Origin: Takakia lepidozioides
Taxonomy: Eukaryota; Plantae; Bryophyta
Length of the DNA stretch: 64,000 bases
Direction: 5' to 3'
Assembly: GCA_030704615.1 (NCBI GenBank)
Contig: CM060732.1
Span: 34,038,001 to 34,102,000 of the forward strand
Shown: in pieces, positions 37,021 through 49,294 of the stretch
Position numbering within the stretch: position 1 is the first letter of the stretch
Layout of the letters: each line of letters opens with the position of its first letter
The notes under the pieces: generated by a model
Databases searched by the model: none
Told to the model about the DNA's origin: nothing
Seen by the model: the letters and a program-made list of their open reading frames with translations, nothing else
Made by a program: the position numbers and the translations under genes

Positions 37021-38439
37021 TAAACCCAGGGCTCAGCCTTGAGGAAAGCCTGCCTCGAGATTTTGAAAGTTGGTGAACTGAGCTCTTCAGAGGGATTTTA
37101 CATTGCCTACACCAACATAGTGCTGGATGAGTTGTGTTTTGTGAAGGGTGACCTTTGCCTACTCTACAACTGTGCAGTTTAATGACAACAATGTGTTACA
37201 TATGTCCTAGTTGGTAGCTATGGATTCTGTTTGCTTCTGATTCTACCATCATTTACACCACCCTGTAGGTAAAGACAGTTTTGTATCATTTGTTGATTAT
37301 CCCCTATTTTCCCTCCCAATCTCTATGTGAGGTGTTGCCATATTCTTTACCCGTACAATACCACTTGACCATATACATATCTAGGTCCATATTTGTCTTC
37401 CATATTTTTTTCTCAGTCTGCTGGCTATGTTGCTTACTTCCTAAGCTCTCAAATCACAAGAAAGATACCTGTCCATAGTTTGTTTTCGCTTGACACAATA
37501 GAGCTGTACTTAGAGTTAATAGCTGCTATTCTGCACATGAATTTGGGAAGAGGTTGTGTACATCAAGTATGGTTAGAATTCTATGTTAATGCATCCTCAT
37601 GTATGCCTTTTTATGTGTGAGCGTGGGTTAGGTCATGCGTACATTCTTGTGGCATAGGTCTTGTGTCCAGTTGGAACATATCAGACTAGACTTCAATTTA
37701 CAATTTACAACCTCTTTAACAGTGCAAGGGGAAGAGGCTCTTATTTATATCAACTCCCATTGGCATCATCTCACCCAGGCTCTCTCCAAGGGATTGCTCC
37801 CTTTCGAGAATAAAAATCAGTTAAGAAAACTGAGATTGGGCTTGGCCTGGCTGTAGTCACATCTTTCCCCTCCCTCAGCCACATGATAGAGTCATCTTCT
37901 ATGTTGACAGAGGAAGCCTAAACTTTCACGAGGCAAGAAAATAAAATATGCACATTGAAAGGTTAATGTGCATGGTCAATCCATTGACACATTGACCATG
38001 TGGATTGCCCACAATGACCACATGTTGTATCCGGTGCAATGATTTCTCTCTACTACGTGTTTCTTTTATTTTTTTTGAGGTTTGAGAAGGGATAACAATG
38101 CTGCCTCTCTGCCAAGCTCAGCATAGAAGACATTCCCAAAGGTTGATACTTTTAAATGAGCTTTCATACCTTTCATAGCCCAACTATTTCTCAAAATGGA
38201 TTGTGTGATCACCAACGTGAAGATCTTCGAAATGTTCTTGGACTGTTTTTCAAACAATCAACTTGTTCTTATAGATATTCTTGCACCTGAGACTACACAC
38301 TTAGTAATATACAGATTCTTGACTGCCAATGGTCTAGTCTCACCAGAAAGCAACAGTGGTTTGAGCCAGGAAAGATCACCATGCTTCAGGGTCTCCATCT
38401 TTGCTGTCGTTGAAGCTTCAAGGAATCCAGCAGGGGCTG

Positions 38440-39920
38440 GGTGTACCAGTATAGAGAAATGAATGCATAGAACACAACATGGTAGAATACAGCCATGCAT
38501 AAGAGAATAACCACGTCTTTCCACTTTCCAGGATGCTCCAATTTGTACATTGCGCCTGGAAGTTGGAGATTGTTGTCAAGATCCGTTAAGCCCCTGAATT
38601 CGGTCTCAAACATGCCCTGTCAAATCCAAAATGGCATCCATGTGGATAGTGAAAAGTTTGTGGGTTTCTCTCTGCAATAGGGGTATGCCTGAAATTCAGT
38701 TCTTTCTATTCTCACACCTCTTTCCCTCTTTTTGCCCAAACCAAACTGGGGATGGAGTCAATGATAATTACAAAAAGCATTGCATGCTGAAGGATGAAAC
38801 ACAACCCAGACCACCAGAATAGAGCTAAGCACTTCATAATATATCTAGAAAAGCAGAGCATAAGGTGGGGCTGATAGTTACCCGAATAGAATATATGTGG
38901 AAGGAGATATATGACACTGGATATGTCCAAATAAGCCTTGGAATGTCGTGAGCAAGTCGGAACTAGCCCCCAACTAGCAGAAATATGCTCTGCAATGTCC
39001 ATTTAGAAATTGTGTTGGTATTAGTTATGCCAAAACTTGAAGACTATCGCACACAAATTTACATATTTATCTGTGGTGAGCTTTTTGTTCAGATCATGTT
39101 CTGAGCACAAAATGATCTGCCAAAAATTTTCAACATGTGGCTTATGTTGTAGCGATGATGTCCCCTACTACAGATGTGCAAGCAACACTTGAGATCTAGT
39201 AATTGAAATTCAATGCTTGTTCTAAGGCGAAGACACTGGCAGGATGCATACCTGAGATCCAGTTCCGACAACCATGGCCACAAAATAGTTTGGAACTATA
39301 GCTGCATCGCCATCATTAAGCTCTCAACTACCAGCAGACTAAAGAAGAGAACACAAACGAAATACATGAAGTGCCCAAATCCTGCATGCAGCTCCACGAG
39401 GAAGTACACAATGCATGAGGACACCAAAAGGAAAGGCAGGCAAGATAGCAAGGTGCTGAGTGCGTATGCAGATATTCCATAGTGTGGATTTCGTCTCTCA
39501 CGCACAAAACCTGCACATGGATAAAGATTTTGATTATTGTTTCCAGAATTATAGGCCTGAAGACGTTCAAGTTTCCAGAGGTTCACGTTGATTTCTAAAG
39601 CGAGAGTGAGCTTGGAAAATGCCTTGCTAGGTTCCATGCTTGAGGGTCTACAACAATGTTTGAGCACAAAAATGACACACATTCTCTTTGGATCTTATGG
39701 AATTCAAGATTGCTTATTGAAATTTGTCAGTTAAAAAAAATACTGTGAAGATGGTGGCTAAACAGTATGTAAGATCTATCGTTGTTGCTGAGATAGGTAG
39801 GTGAAGTCATATGGTTGAGAGAATGAACCTGCGTTTCCTGACAGTACAACGGGGAAGAAGCTATGGCCAAAAACATCAAGGCCTCTTGTACAAAAAAATA
39901 GACAAGAGGACCTAGCCTGC
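38440..39920 (-). pseudogene. Captured 3' part of an ABCG (WBC-type) half transporter with introns
   Basis: ARSSCLFF, FVRERRNPHYGISAY.LS.LLSCLPFL, LLVVESLMMA..VPNY, IWTYPVSYISFH.YSI, KWKDVVILLCMAVFY. Confidence 0.8.
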
Positions 39921-41067
39921 ATCATACACCAAATGAGAATCAATTTCAGGAAACTTCCAAAACCCCCCTCATCCCCCTCGTCCCTGACAGTCGTGTCCAT
40001 AAAATAATACTAGATTTCAAATTTCAAATTTCAAATTTGAACATGTGTAGCCATGTGTAACCATGCATCTGATGGCTTCACTCCCCACTATGGTCATCAT
40101 GTTAGGATCATGACCACATGTGACATTTGCAATGTATGGGTGTATGTTTGACATGATTCATGTGTTGTGATGACGGCTGGCGGGCGGGGTAGGCGGGGGC
40201 GTCTGGGGGGTGCCACGCAGGCAGGACCCTTGGGCTCGCATTAAACTCCCGGGCCTTTTCTAATGTGCGCCATTTCCCCATTATGCAATTTGGGCAATGA
40301 TAGGCACAACCTTCCGAAGGGTACTCTAACATTGTTTGGATTAAGCAATTTTAAACTTGACGTGAACAACCTTCCGCAAGGTATTCATCATTCATGACCT
40401 AATGGTAGGAACAACCTTCCGTAAGGTATTAAACATATTTATTTGGAATTTATGCAAGTGACACACAAACAATCTTCCGGAGGGTATACCAATATGTTTG
40501 GAATGAACAATTTTAAAATTGACTTGAACAACCTTCTGGCAGGTATCCGTTGCCCATGACCTAATGGTAGAAATACCCTTCCGTAAGGTATTAAACATAT
40601 TTGTTTGGATTTATGCAAGTTAAAAAATGACGCACAACAATCCTCCGGAGGGTACACCAATATGTTTGGATTGAGCAATTTTAAAATTGACATGAACAAC
40701 CTTCCGACAAGTATGGTAGAAACAACCTTCTGTAAGATAAGATTCTACTCAGTTGAAAAATTGACAAGCACAACCTTCCGCGGAGTGGGCGGCCCCACAT
40801 GTGTGACCAAGCGTGTGGAGCCTGAGGAGGTGGGCGGATGGGGGACCACGGAGCCAGAGTCATTACGACATGGCTACCGAAAATTCGCGGGCACTCTAAA
40901 CTATGAAACACTAGGCAAAGGCAACCCAAAGCATGAGCCTTGAGTTAACAAAATGGCAGTATACATTACAACTAGCTGCACTAACATATATTTATACCTA
41001 AAACAAACACAAGATCGAAAGTGGCCAGCTAGCCAGGGTGTGACTGTCTCGGTTCTGATAGAGCCCA

Positions 41068-41814
41068 CCCCTGAAAAGGACTTATTTACGCTAGCTCCGT
41101 TTTCTTCAATAACTTGTACTAATCTAGACCAGCAAGGCTGAATGACAACAAAACCCTGGAGAGCTTTATTAAAAGAAAACCACACAAGAGAACTGTACAG
41201 TAGAGGGTTTTTTCCCCTGAAAAGGACTTATTTATGCTAGCTTCGTACGCAATATCGGTTTCTTCAACAACTTGTACTAATCTAGACCAGCAAGGCTGAA
41301 TGCCCTGCAGAGCTTTATTAAAAGAAAACCACACAAGAGAACTGTACAGTAGAGGGTTTTTTCCCCTGAAAAGGACTTATTTATGCTAGCTTCGTACGCA
41401 ATATCGGTTTCTTCAACAACTTGTACTAATCTAGACCAGCAAGGCTGAATGCCCTGCAGAGCTTTATTAAAAGAAAACCACACAAGAGAACTGTACAGTA
41501 GAGGGTTTTTTCCCCTGAAAAGGACTTATTTATGCTAGCTTCGTACGCAATATCGGTTTCTTCAACAACTTGTACTAATCTAGACCAGCAAGGTCTGAAT
41601 GCCCTGCAGAGCTTTATTAAAAGAAAACCACACAAGAGAACTGTACAGTAGAGGGTTTTTTCCCCTGAAAAGGACTTATTTATGCTAGCTTCGTACGCAA
41701 TATCGGTTTCTTCAACAACTTGTACTAATCTAGACCAGCAAGGTCTGAATGCCCTGCAGAGCTTTATTAAAAGAAAACCACACAAGAGAACTGTACAGTA
41801 GAGGGTTTTTTCCC
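41068..41814. repeat. Tandem repeat, ~149-150-bp unit x5
   Basis: Units start near 41068, 41214, 41363, 41512, 41662; last four almost identical. Confidence 0.95.
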
Positions 41815-41899
41815 AAGGAAAAACAAAAGGTAAGCAAAATAATAAAAGAATAACAGTACATGCTCGTGACTAACTCAAGCTTGTTGCATGTCCCATCCT

Positions 41900-42080
41900 A
41901 CTAAGTACATCGGACATTGAGAAGGGAGGTGGGCCATAGAGAGTTGGAAGAAGCCATGCCAACTACAGACCTCTGCCCCACGCAATGTTGACATGGCTTG
42001 TACTCTTTGGAAAGCAATAGAAAATTGTTGCCGATAGAAGGCCAGATGAACAGAGGCAATGTTTCTAATGGCTGCTTGAT
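41900..42080 (-). mobile_element. Possible 3' remnant of an RLE-type (CRE-like) non-LTR retrotransposon
   Basis: AFYRQQFSIAFQRVQAMSTL resembles the conserved C-terminal Q.LS.A.QR..A..IL motif. Confidence 0.35.
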
Positions 42081-43265
42081 GAGCACCGCATAAACTCATA
42101 TAGTTGAGATTGCGTGTGACTATTACCAACCCAACCAAGCATTGAACCCCCACAAAGAGTTTTGGGGTTCTGAGTAAGTGTTGCTATGCCATTGTTGAGA
42201 GCCTGGGATCGAAAATACCATACAGAAATAGTTTCTGTGTCAGATCTGAACTGACAGAGGCTTCAGCAATGCAGGAAGGTTAACCACAATCTTTTCACCA
42301 TAATTGCTCAATTCAAGTAAGCACCGGACGCCAGGACAGGCTACTCTAGAAAATGAGATGGAACCCGCACCACAGTTCTTGAAGGTTTGGCATTGCTAGT
42401 ATTGTTATCCTTTGGGAGCGCTCGTGTCCTGTACAAAGTATGATCTTCAGTTGTCAAAAGTGCGTCGGCACAACAGTTACAGGCATCGCAGGAAAAGTGA
42501 CGGCTTAAATCACAGACGAGCTGGATAGTCCAAGTTCATGTAAGAGGAAGAGAGGGAGAAAGTTTGAAAATTATAATCTGCTACCAGTAGCAGACCAGGG
42601 GCACCCTTTGGAGGGAGCAGAGCGAGCAAATGTCCTGAGCAGGGTGACAGGCAGTGCAAGCACAATTACATGTCAAACTTGTTGCAAGGTAGAAGGCTAG
42701 AGGAGCAGTTCTCTAACTAAGAAGCAATTGGGGAAACAATCCCAAAAACCGTAAGGTTACAGGGTCGGTTCTAAAGGCACGCAGGAATTCCGGAATTCAC
42801 CAAATGACCATCAGAAGAGCCAACACGACCGGCAGCGGTCGATACATATCGACAGCTCACCCCATCAATTTCATCACTTGAACCAAAATTGCCAAAAGTC
42901 GAGGCTTACCAGGTGGTTTCTTGTTCAGTCAACTGAAGTGCCGACGTGACTCCATTCACTGAGAATCTGAGCCAGTCAAGCTACCGGCAGTGAAAGAACC
43001 AATTTCTTCAGGGGAATTCGGCATCGTCGCACTATCGGACTCGAAGATGTCCATCACCTGTGACACCTTAAGCGCCGTTCCAAGATCGAAAGATCCTCTT
43101 TCCATTCTCCTCGTTCTGTCATTGCGCATACAGCAACGGTTGAAGTTCTTGGTTGATTACAGGGACCACAAACACACAAGAGCGACACCTCCACGAGATA
43201 AAATAGAGAACCTCCAGGCTCCTACCCTTATTGGGCCATTTGACGAAAATACACCACGCTCATAT

Positions 43266-43310
43266 ATCCCATATCGTTTGCCACAATGAGAGTCTGAAGG
43301 GAGTATATAA
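43266..43310 (+). promoter_or_regulatory. snRNA promoter: USE (ATCCCATATCG, 43266-43276) and TATA (43304-43310)
   Basis: One mismatch to plant USE RTCCCACATCG; TATA about 30 nt upstream of U2 start. Confidence 0.85.
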
Positions 43311-43334
43311 TCCCCCTCGCGCGTTCTCCAACTC

Positions 43335-43527
43335 ATACCTTTCTCGGCCTTTTGGCTAAGATCAAGTGTAGTATCTGTTCTTATCAGTTTAATATCTGAT
43401 ACGAGGCTCATCGAGTCTCTTGATATTAATCTAATTTTTCGCAGGTGCGGGTCCACCCGGCAGCTTGCTGCCCGGACCCGCGCGCGTCGCCTTGGTTTTG
43501 CACTACCTCCTCGGCAGGCGCGACCCT
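43335..43527 (+). ncRNA. U2: U2 spliceosomal snRNA
   Basis: ATACCTTTCTCGGCCTTTTGGCTAAGATCAAGTGTAGTATCTGTTCTTATCAG, branch-point box GTAGTA, Sm site AATTTTT, stem III, loop IV TTGCACTA; 3' end approximate. Confidence 0.97.
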
Positions 43528-44065
43528 CCCTTCACCGGGAACCCTAACAAACCAAACTGGACGAATATCAATAGGGTAGATGGAAATATGAAGGTTCCAA
43601 ACTTGTCAACATCGATCGGTGTTATATGACATGTGGCGATTTACATTGATACAGAGGACGGCCATCCACCTGGCTAAGTACCTGCCAGAGTTGCATGCAT
43701 TTCATCGCTGTGTCTCGGAGCTTTGGAGGAGTCGAGGATTCAAAGCGACTGTCGGGGGATTACTACCGATGTCCTTCGGGAGGGATACCGACACGGGTTG
43801 AGGCCGGATTATACTTGGAAGTAGGCCGCGATCTCCCGAGTCAAGACTAATTTGGTTGTTCCTCCGCGATTGTTAGGGAAGTGAATTGTGTGCAAGTGTC
43901 TGGCGATCCCTTCGACTTCGACTGGAGATGCATGACACCCAGACAGCACTGAGTGATAGAGGTGTAGAGAGGGTGCCTGTATCATCTTGCTTTGGATCTT
44001 TGGAGTCATTGCAAGGGAGCTCAATATTTTTTTTGCCCACCTAGCGGGCTCACCATAATTTGGTC

Positions 44066-47000
44066 ATGAAGGCAGGGGTAGTATGGCGGGCTGTAAGAGC
44101 AGCGCTGCATCCGATCGATGCTGGAGGCGTTCTTAAGACTTCCAGCTCTAGCATCATTCATTACGGTGCCACACCTACCAAATGGTTGCCCGGCACATGC
44201 AGCAGCTGGGTTCATCAGTATTCTCAGATCCGCTACAACCATGCTTACGCTGTACGTGAGGAAGGCAGTGGAGTGGTGGCGGAAACTCCTGACTTACAGG
44301 AGACCGTAAGTGGACGCGCTTCATTACCACCTACGCAGGAAGGGCAGAAGCCACGAGTAGTTGTTTTGGGCTCTGGGTGGGCGGCCTGCCGGCTGCTCAA
44401 GGAGATCAACACACGGCTGTACGATGTGGTGTGTGTGTCCCCACGCAATCACATGGTGTTTACGCCCTTGCTGGCATCCACATGTGTTGGCACTCTGGAG
44501 TTCCGCTCTGTGGCGGAGCCAGTGCGCAGCATCCAGCCAGCCCTGTCTACAGCCCCTGATTCCTACTTCTTTCTTGCCAACTGCAATGCCGTTAATACGG
44601 AGGAACATGAGGTATGCATGTCTGACCTCCCGCGTTTGGTCACAGGTCGATTGCTCTCACCCAATGAAGCTCTGCATGCTGCTTGTAACATGCCAGCTCT
44701 TCCCTGCAAGATATCCTGATGCAAGCTGCTCTTCTCCTTCCCATTTGGCCAGTGCATTTGGAGCAAAGGGTAGACACAATTCACTGTGATGCAAACCTGC
44801 CATGTAATTTTCCCAATAAGTCCAGGGCAGTACAAAATGGCATCTCTAACCTCATACTGCAACCACTGAGAGACGTTTTTCTTTGAAGCGCAGAAGTCTA
44901 GGCCATGTCTAATTACTGGTTTTCCTCAGGTGAATCAAAATTTTGAAAAGAAAGCTCAAATGTAAGATTTTTAGTTGAAATCATGAGAACGACACGCGGA
45001 CATAGGGGAAGATGGGAGAAAGGAGGAGCCAACTTGGGCCTAATTATAATCAGATGGTCTGTGGAGAGTTTGCACAGAAATTTAAGCAAGGATTTTACAT
45101 GCTTAGATGGAGCACCCCACAAAATGGCCTGATTCATCCAAAAGAGGTGTGTTCAGTGTGCCCTTCCATTCTACTGAAACATTAGGATGTAACTGCTCCT
45201 TGCATGCTCTCTAATTGGACTTTTGACAGCAGGTGCAGTGTGAAGCTGTCGTTGATGGGGTGGGTGGAAGGAAATTCACAGTGTCATATGACAAGCTGGT
45301 CATAGCAACGGGCGCGGATGCAACGACATTTGGTATCAAGGGAGTGCACCAGTATGCACATTTTCTTCGAGATGTGGAAAATGCAAGAGATATCCGAGAG
45401 AAACTGCTGCTCAATCTGATGCTCTGTGAAGTTCCTGGTGTGGTTGGCTTCACTCTCTTGCTAAATTAAAATTATTTCTCTTAAGTACTGAATGACTTGG
45501 TGAGAAATGGCAGTCACAGGTTTGACAATATGGATTATTCATTCTGGTTTCTGTTCCAGAAGCATGTCCAAACATGTTGTCCCTCAAACATGCCCTGCCA
45601 CTTGTTTTCTTATTCTGCAAGCAGCCTCACTCAAATAGACTGCTGCTCAAATGGATTGCAGGGGTATCAGCAGATGAGAAGGCAAGACTGTTACACTGCG
45701 TTGTAGTAGGTGGTGGTCCTACAGGGGTGGAGTTCAGTGGTGAGCTCAGTGACTTCATCAGGAGAGATGTCCACCGCAAGTTCGGCCATGTGAAAGATTT
45801 TATCCATGTCACACTTATTGAGGTCTCTATACTACTTGCTTTTTTCTCTACCTCTTCAATCCCCTTGTCATCTGTCTGGTCCTCTAAATTTGCTTCTAGG
45901 CAAGTTCATTCCTTTCTCTTTCCATCTGGGCTTGCTCTGGACATGCTTTCTTTCTTGTAAAGTACGTTATAAAGTACCATGTCATTTCATTCCATTTCTT
46001 CTTCTCTCTTGTACTGTCAGCATCTTAGGCAGTTCTGTCTTCAGCTGTCTATTGCTTCCATCAACTAGATCTTTAATTGTTCTTTATGTGCGTCTTATGG
46101 TCATGCCAGGCAAAGGAGATTTTGTCCTCTTTCGATGTTCGACTCCGTGAGTACGCGACCAGGCACCTGACCAAGGTATGGGGTAGTGGCTAACGTGCCT
46201 CATGCAGTTGAAGGAAAGGTTATGCTGAACAGACGACATTGATTTATTACTAAAGAGCTTTCTGAAATTGTTGTGAGTCTTCCAGAATGCCTGAGCTTAC
46301 AACTTGGTGGATCCAAGTGTCCCGCGCTATTGTCAAAATGCCGGAACTATGGCTGATGCACGAATGCAATAATTGGGTTACAGGAGATGAGATTGACATT
46401 GCAGCAGACTGCACGACTCTGATTTCAGCACTACTTACCCTGACTCACAGAGAGGCGACTTGTGGGATGCGTCTCCATCGTCAGTCAATTGTAGGGTTTG
46501 GAGGGATAAGCTGGAGGGTCTTAAACGCATAACTGTTTGCAGACTGGGGTAAAGCTGATGCGAGGTGTAGTCAAGGACGTTCTGCCTGACAAATTAGTGC
46601 TTACGGATGGGATGGAGGTGCCATACGGGCTGCTGGTTTGGTCAACGGGTGTTGGATCTTCTTCCTTTGTCCACTCCTTACCTTTCCCGAAGTCCCCTGG
46701 TGGAAGGTGCCTGGTCTTCCTGAGACACACTTTCTTTTTTTCTCTTCCAGGGCTTGTTTTACTTAATTGGAGTCTCTCTTGCTGAATGTCAGCATGCTCC
46801 AAAACAGCCAATGTGGCTGTTCGGGGTGAGTTTGGCATCCCTTCCTTAAGCTCCCGACGAGATGAATTCAAGGTCAGATGGTGGGGTCAGTTGCAACACA
46901 TGTCCAACACCAGATACCCTAAGTTAATCGACTCTATATCTTGGAAACAGGACCGCCCTGTCAAACAGGCTAAGTCCTGGCAGAAGAGAGTAGAAGAGAT

Positions 47001-49200
47001 TCTCAAGGATCTGAATCTGGACCCGCAAGTCTTGACCTTGCTGGATAAATCTGACTTAGAGACTGTAGTGCCCAAAGACAGGTCTGTTACCAGTAAATTG
47101 TCTGATGCAAATGAAGTTAGGCAGAAAACTTCCCTGAACATGTTTCCAGTCTGTGACATGGGGGAGGATATCATGGATGACCTCAAGGGTCTACCCACTC
47201 TCGGCACCAGACTGAAATTTAAACTCAGGGCAGGAAGCCTACCTTTGAACAGTAAACAGAAGCAGAGAGGAAAGGGAGAGTGCAATTGCCCATTGTGTGG
47301 CCAACCCGAAGACAATATTCATTTTCTGATTCACTGTCCGGGGTACTCTCACCAGAGAGAACTTGTGCCTGTACCTCTGTTTACCAACTTTGAAAGTCTC
47401 GAGGCTGAGCCAAAAGCCCAGGCCCTTCTGAGGCCTAGTTTTTGGGCAAATCACACACAGCAGATTGATGCTTGTGCAAAGGGATTTCTAGAGGATATCT
47501 GGAAAACCCGAATCAATTCTTTGTATAAAGGTAAGTCTTACTACCAATGTCAGCCCCTGACAGAGGTAGGTTCTGTCCCTTTGGTTTCCGCTCAAACTGG
47601 GCGCGGGGTCAATGGCCACAAGGCTACGGCAAACAACGTCTTATGAGTACATTCTCTTGCTGAATGGAATATATTTGTTGGCTGGTGTTTCAATCACAGC
47701 TTGGCAGTTGATCCAGTTACTAATGGAAGCCCTACCGCAAACAAATAGTGTAAGCATTTACCATACACTATCGTGTGCGTAAAGACTCTTTAACTCCTGG
47801 TTCTTTGGCTTTGCCCTTTAGCAGAAAAGTTTCCGTGTTGTTTGATATTTTGTGTTATGAGCAATTATAAATAAGACAAGCAGTCTCACAATCATAATCA
47901 TTTTCATAATCATAATCATACCATTGATATTAGCCAATCGATTGATGCCATTTACTACAAACTCGGGTGATGACTCGGTTCAATCGACGACAGGTTTTTG
48001 AGGATGGGTCCCTTACCTATGAACGTCGAGAGATAAGAGGAGAATGAGGAGAGTAGTTTTCAGCATATCTTCTTGTCTAATGATGTCTTTCATGAAATAT
48101 CATCTCACGAACTTCCTCCATTCCACAGTATCATAATTAGTGCTGTTGTTTGTTGCAGAATTGGCGTGGATGAGCGCTTGAGGGTGCCAACAGTGGAAGA
48201 TGTGTATGCAATCGGTGATTGTGCTGGCTATCTCGAGAGTACTGGCAAGAGTGTGCTCCCAGCTCTTGCCCAGGTCAGTGCTGCCAGTTACAAGCTGGCC
48301 TGATGAAGGGCAATTTGGATGATCTTTGCTATTTCTCCATCTGGATATCATGCAACTGAAGCATTGGAGTCACTTTCACGTCCAGTCCAATATTGCTCTA
48401 CTGATTCTATGTGGACAGTAGAGCTCAGTTAAATTCAGTTGTTTGCTTCAATGGGGGAGTGCAGGTTGCTGAGAGACAAGGAAAGTACCTGGGCACATCT
48501 TTGAACAAGCTGGCACAAGCAGGTGGTGGTCAGGCTGGTAAGGCTGCTGTCACAGGACCAGCAGATCTGTTTGTGTACAGGCACTTGGGCAGCATGGCCA
48601 CTGTGGGCCGCTACAAGGCTCTGGTGGACCTACGTGAGAGTAAGGTACCTTCTGTCTCTATAACTCCTGTATAACATTTCAGGCTATAGTGCTAGGGTTC
48701 TCCAGTTACAGAATGCTGTTATGGCATTCTGCAGTTCGGATTGTTGTTCACTTCAGGGACATCTTGCTTCTTGAATACTTACAGTAGAACAGTTACTCTC
48801 TTCTTTTCTTTTCGAGGTTGTGCTTGGTGTTCTAGCTTACATTATGAGGGCAATGTCAATGCCAGAGAAGGATACATCTCTGACTTCTCAATTGCAGAAT
48901 CTCAATTTGTTCGAAAATCGTAGTCAATCTCAGCCATTTATTCTTGTTGTCCCCACTGTTGTCCCCACTGTTGTCTCCACTGTTGTCTGCAAGATTAAAG
49001 GTCAGACAGCGAGGATTGTCTAACTGGAGCACATTTGTTTGGCACAGGAAGGGAAGGGTTTGTCACTGACAGGGTTTAAAAGCTGGCTAATATGGAGATC
49101 TGCTTATTTAACGAGGGTTATGAGCTGGCGCAACCGATTATATGTTGCTGTTAACTGGGCCACCACATTCTTCTTTGGTCGGGACACTTCCCGCTTTTAG
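44066..49200 (+). CDS. NDA: Mitochondrial internal alternative (type II) NAD(P)H:ubiquinone oxidoreductase A; exons 44066-44611, 45233-45437, 45662-45822, 46110-46175, 46543-46706, 48159-48273, 48465-48644, 49048-49200 (529 aa)
   Basis: [88 protein letters not shown]; no EF-hand insert; all phases consistent. Confidence 0.96.
46789..47652 (+). mobile_element. 5'-truncated LINE in NDA intron 5
   Basis: Exact 14-bp TSD TCTCTTGCTGAATG (46775-46788, 47653-47666); open ORF2 C-terminus with KLRAGSLPL and CPLC..ED..HFLIHC zinc knuckle. Confidence 0.9.
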
Positions 49201-49294
49201 AAGGGGGATGATGATGGTTGGATAGTGCCCCTGAAACCCCACTTCCCGCTTTTAGAAGGGGGATGATGATGGTTGGATAGTGCCCCTGAAACCC
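49185..49294. repeat. Perfect 55-bp tandem duplication spanning the NDA stop codon
   Basis: 49185-49239 equals 49240-49294. Confidence 0.9.

Larger units (their letters stand above)
31634..40892. mobile_element. Pack-MULE, 9259 bp, non-autonomous, carrying host gene fragments
   Basis: Exact 9-bp TSD ACTCTAAAC (31625-31633, 40893-40901); ~110-bp TIRs starting GCCCGCGAATTTTCG; additional inner inverted blocks 31845-31920/40195-40270; no transposase. Confidence 0.93.

Noticed and set aside
42908-43130. Possible divergent first exon upstream of U2
   Set aside because: In-frame stop before the donor and no downstream exons identified
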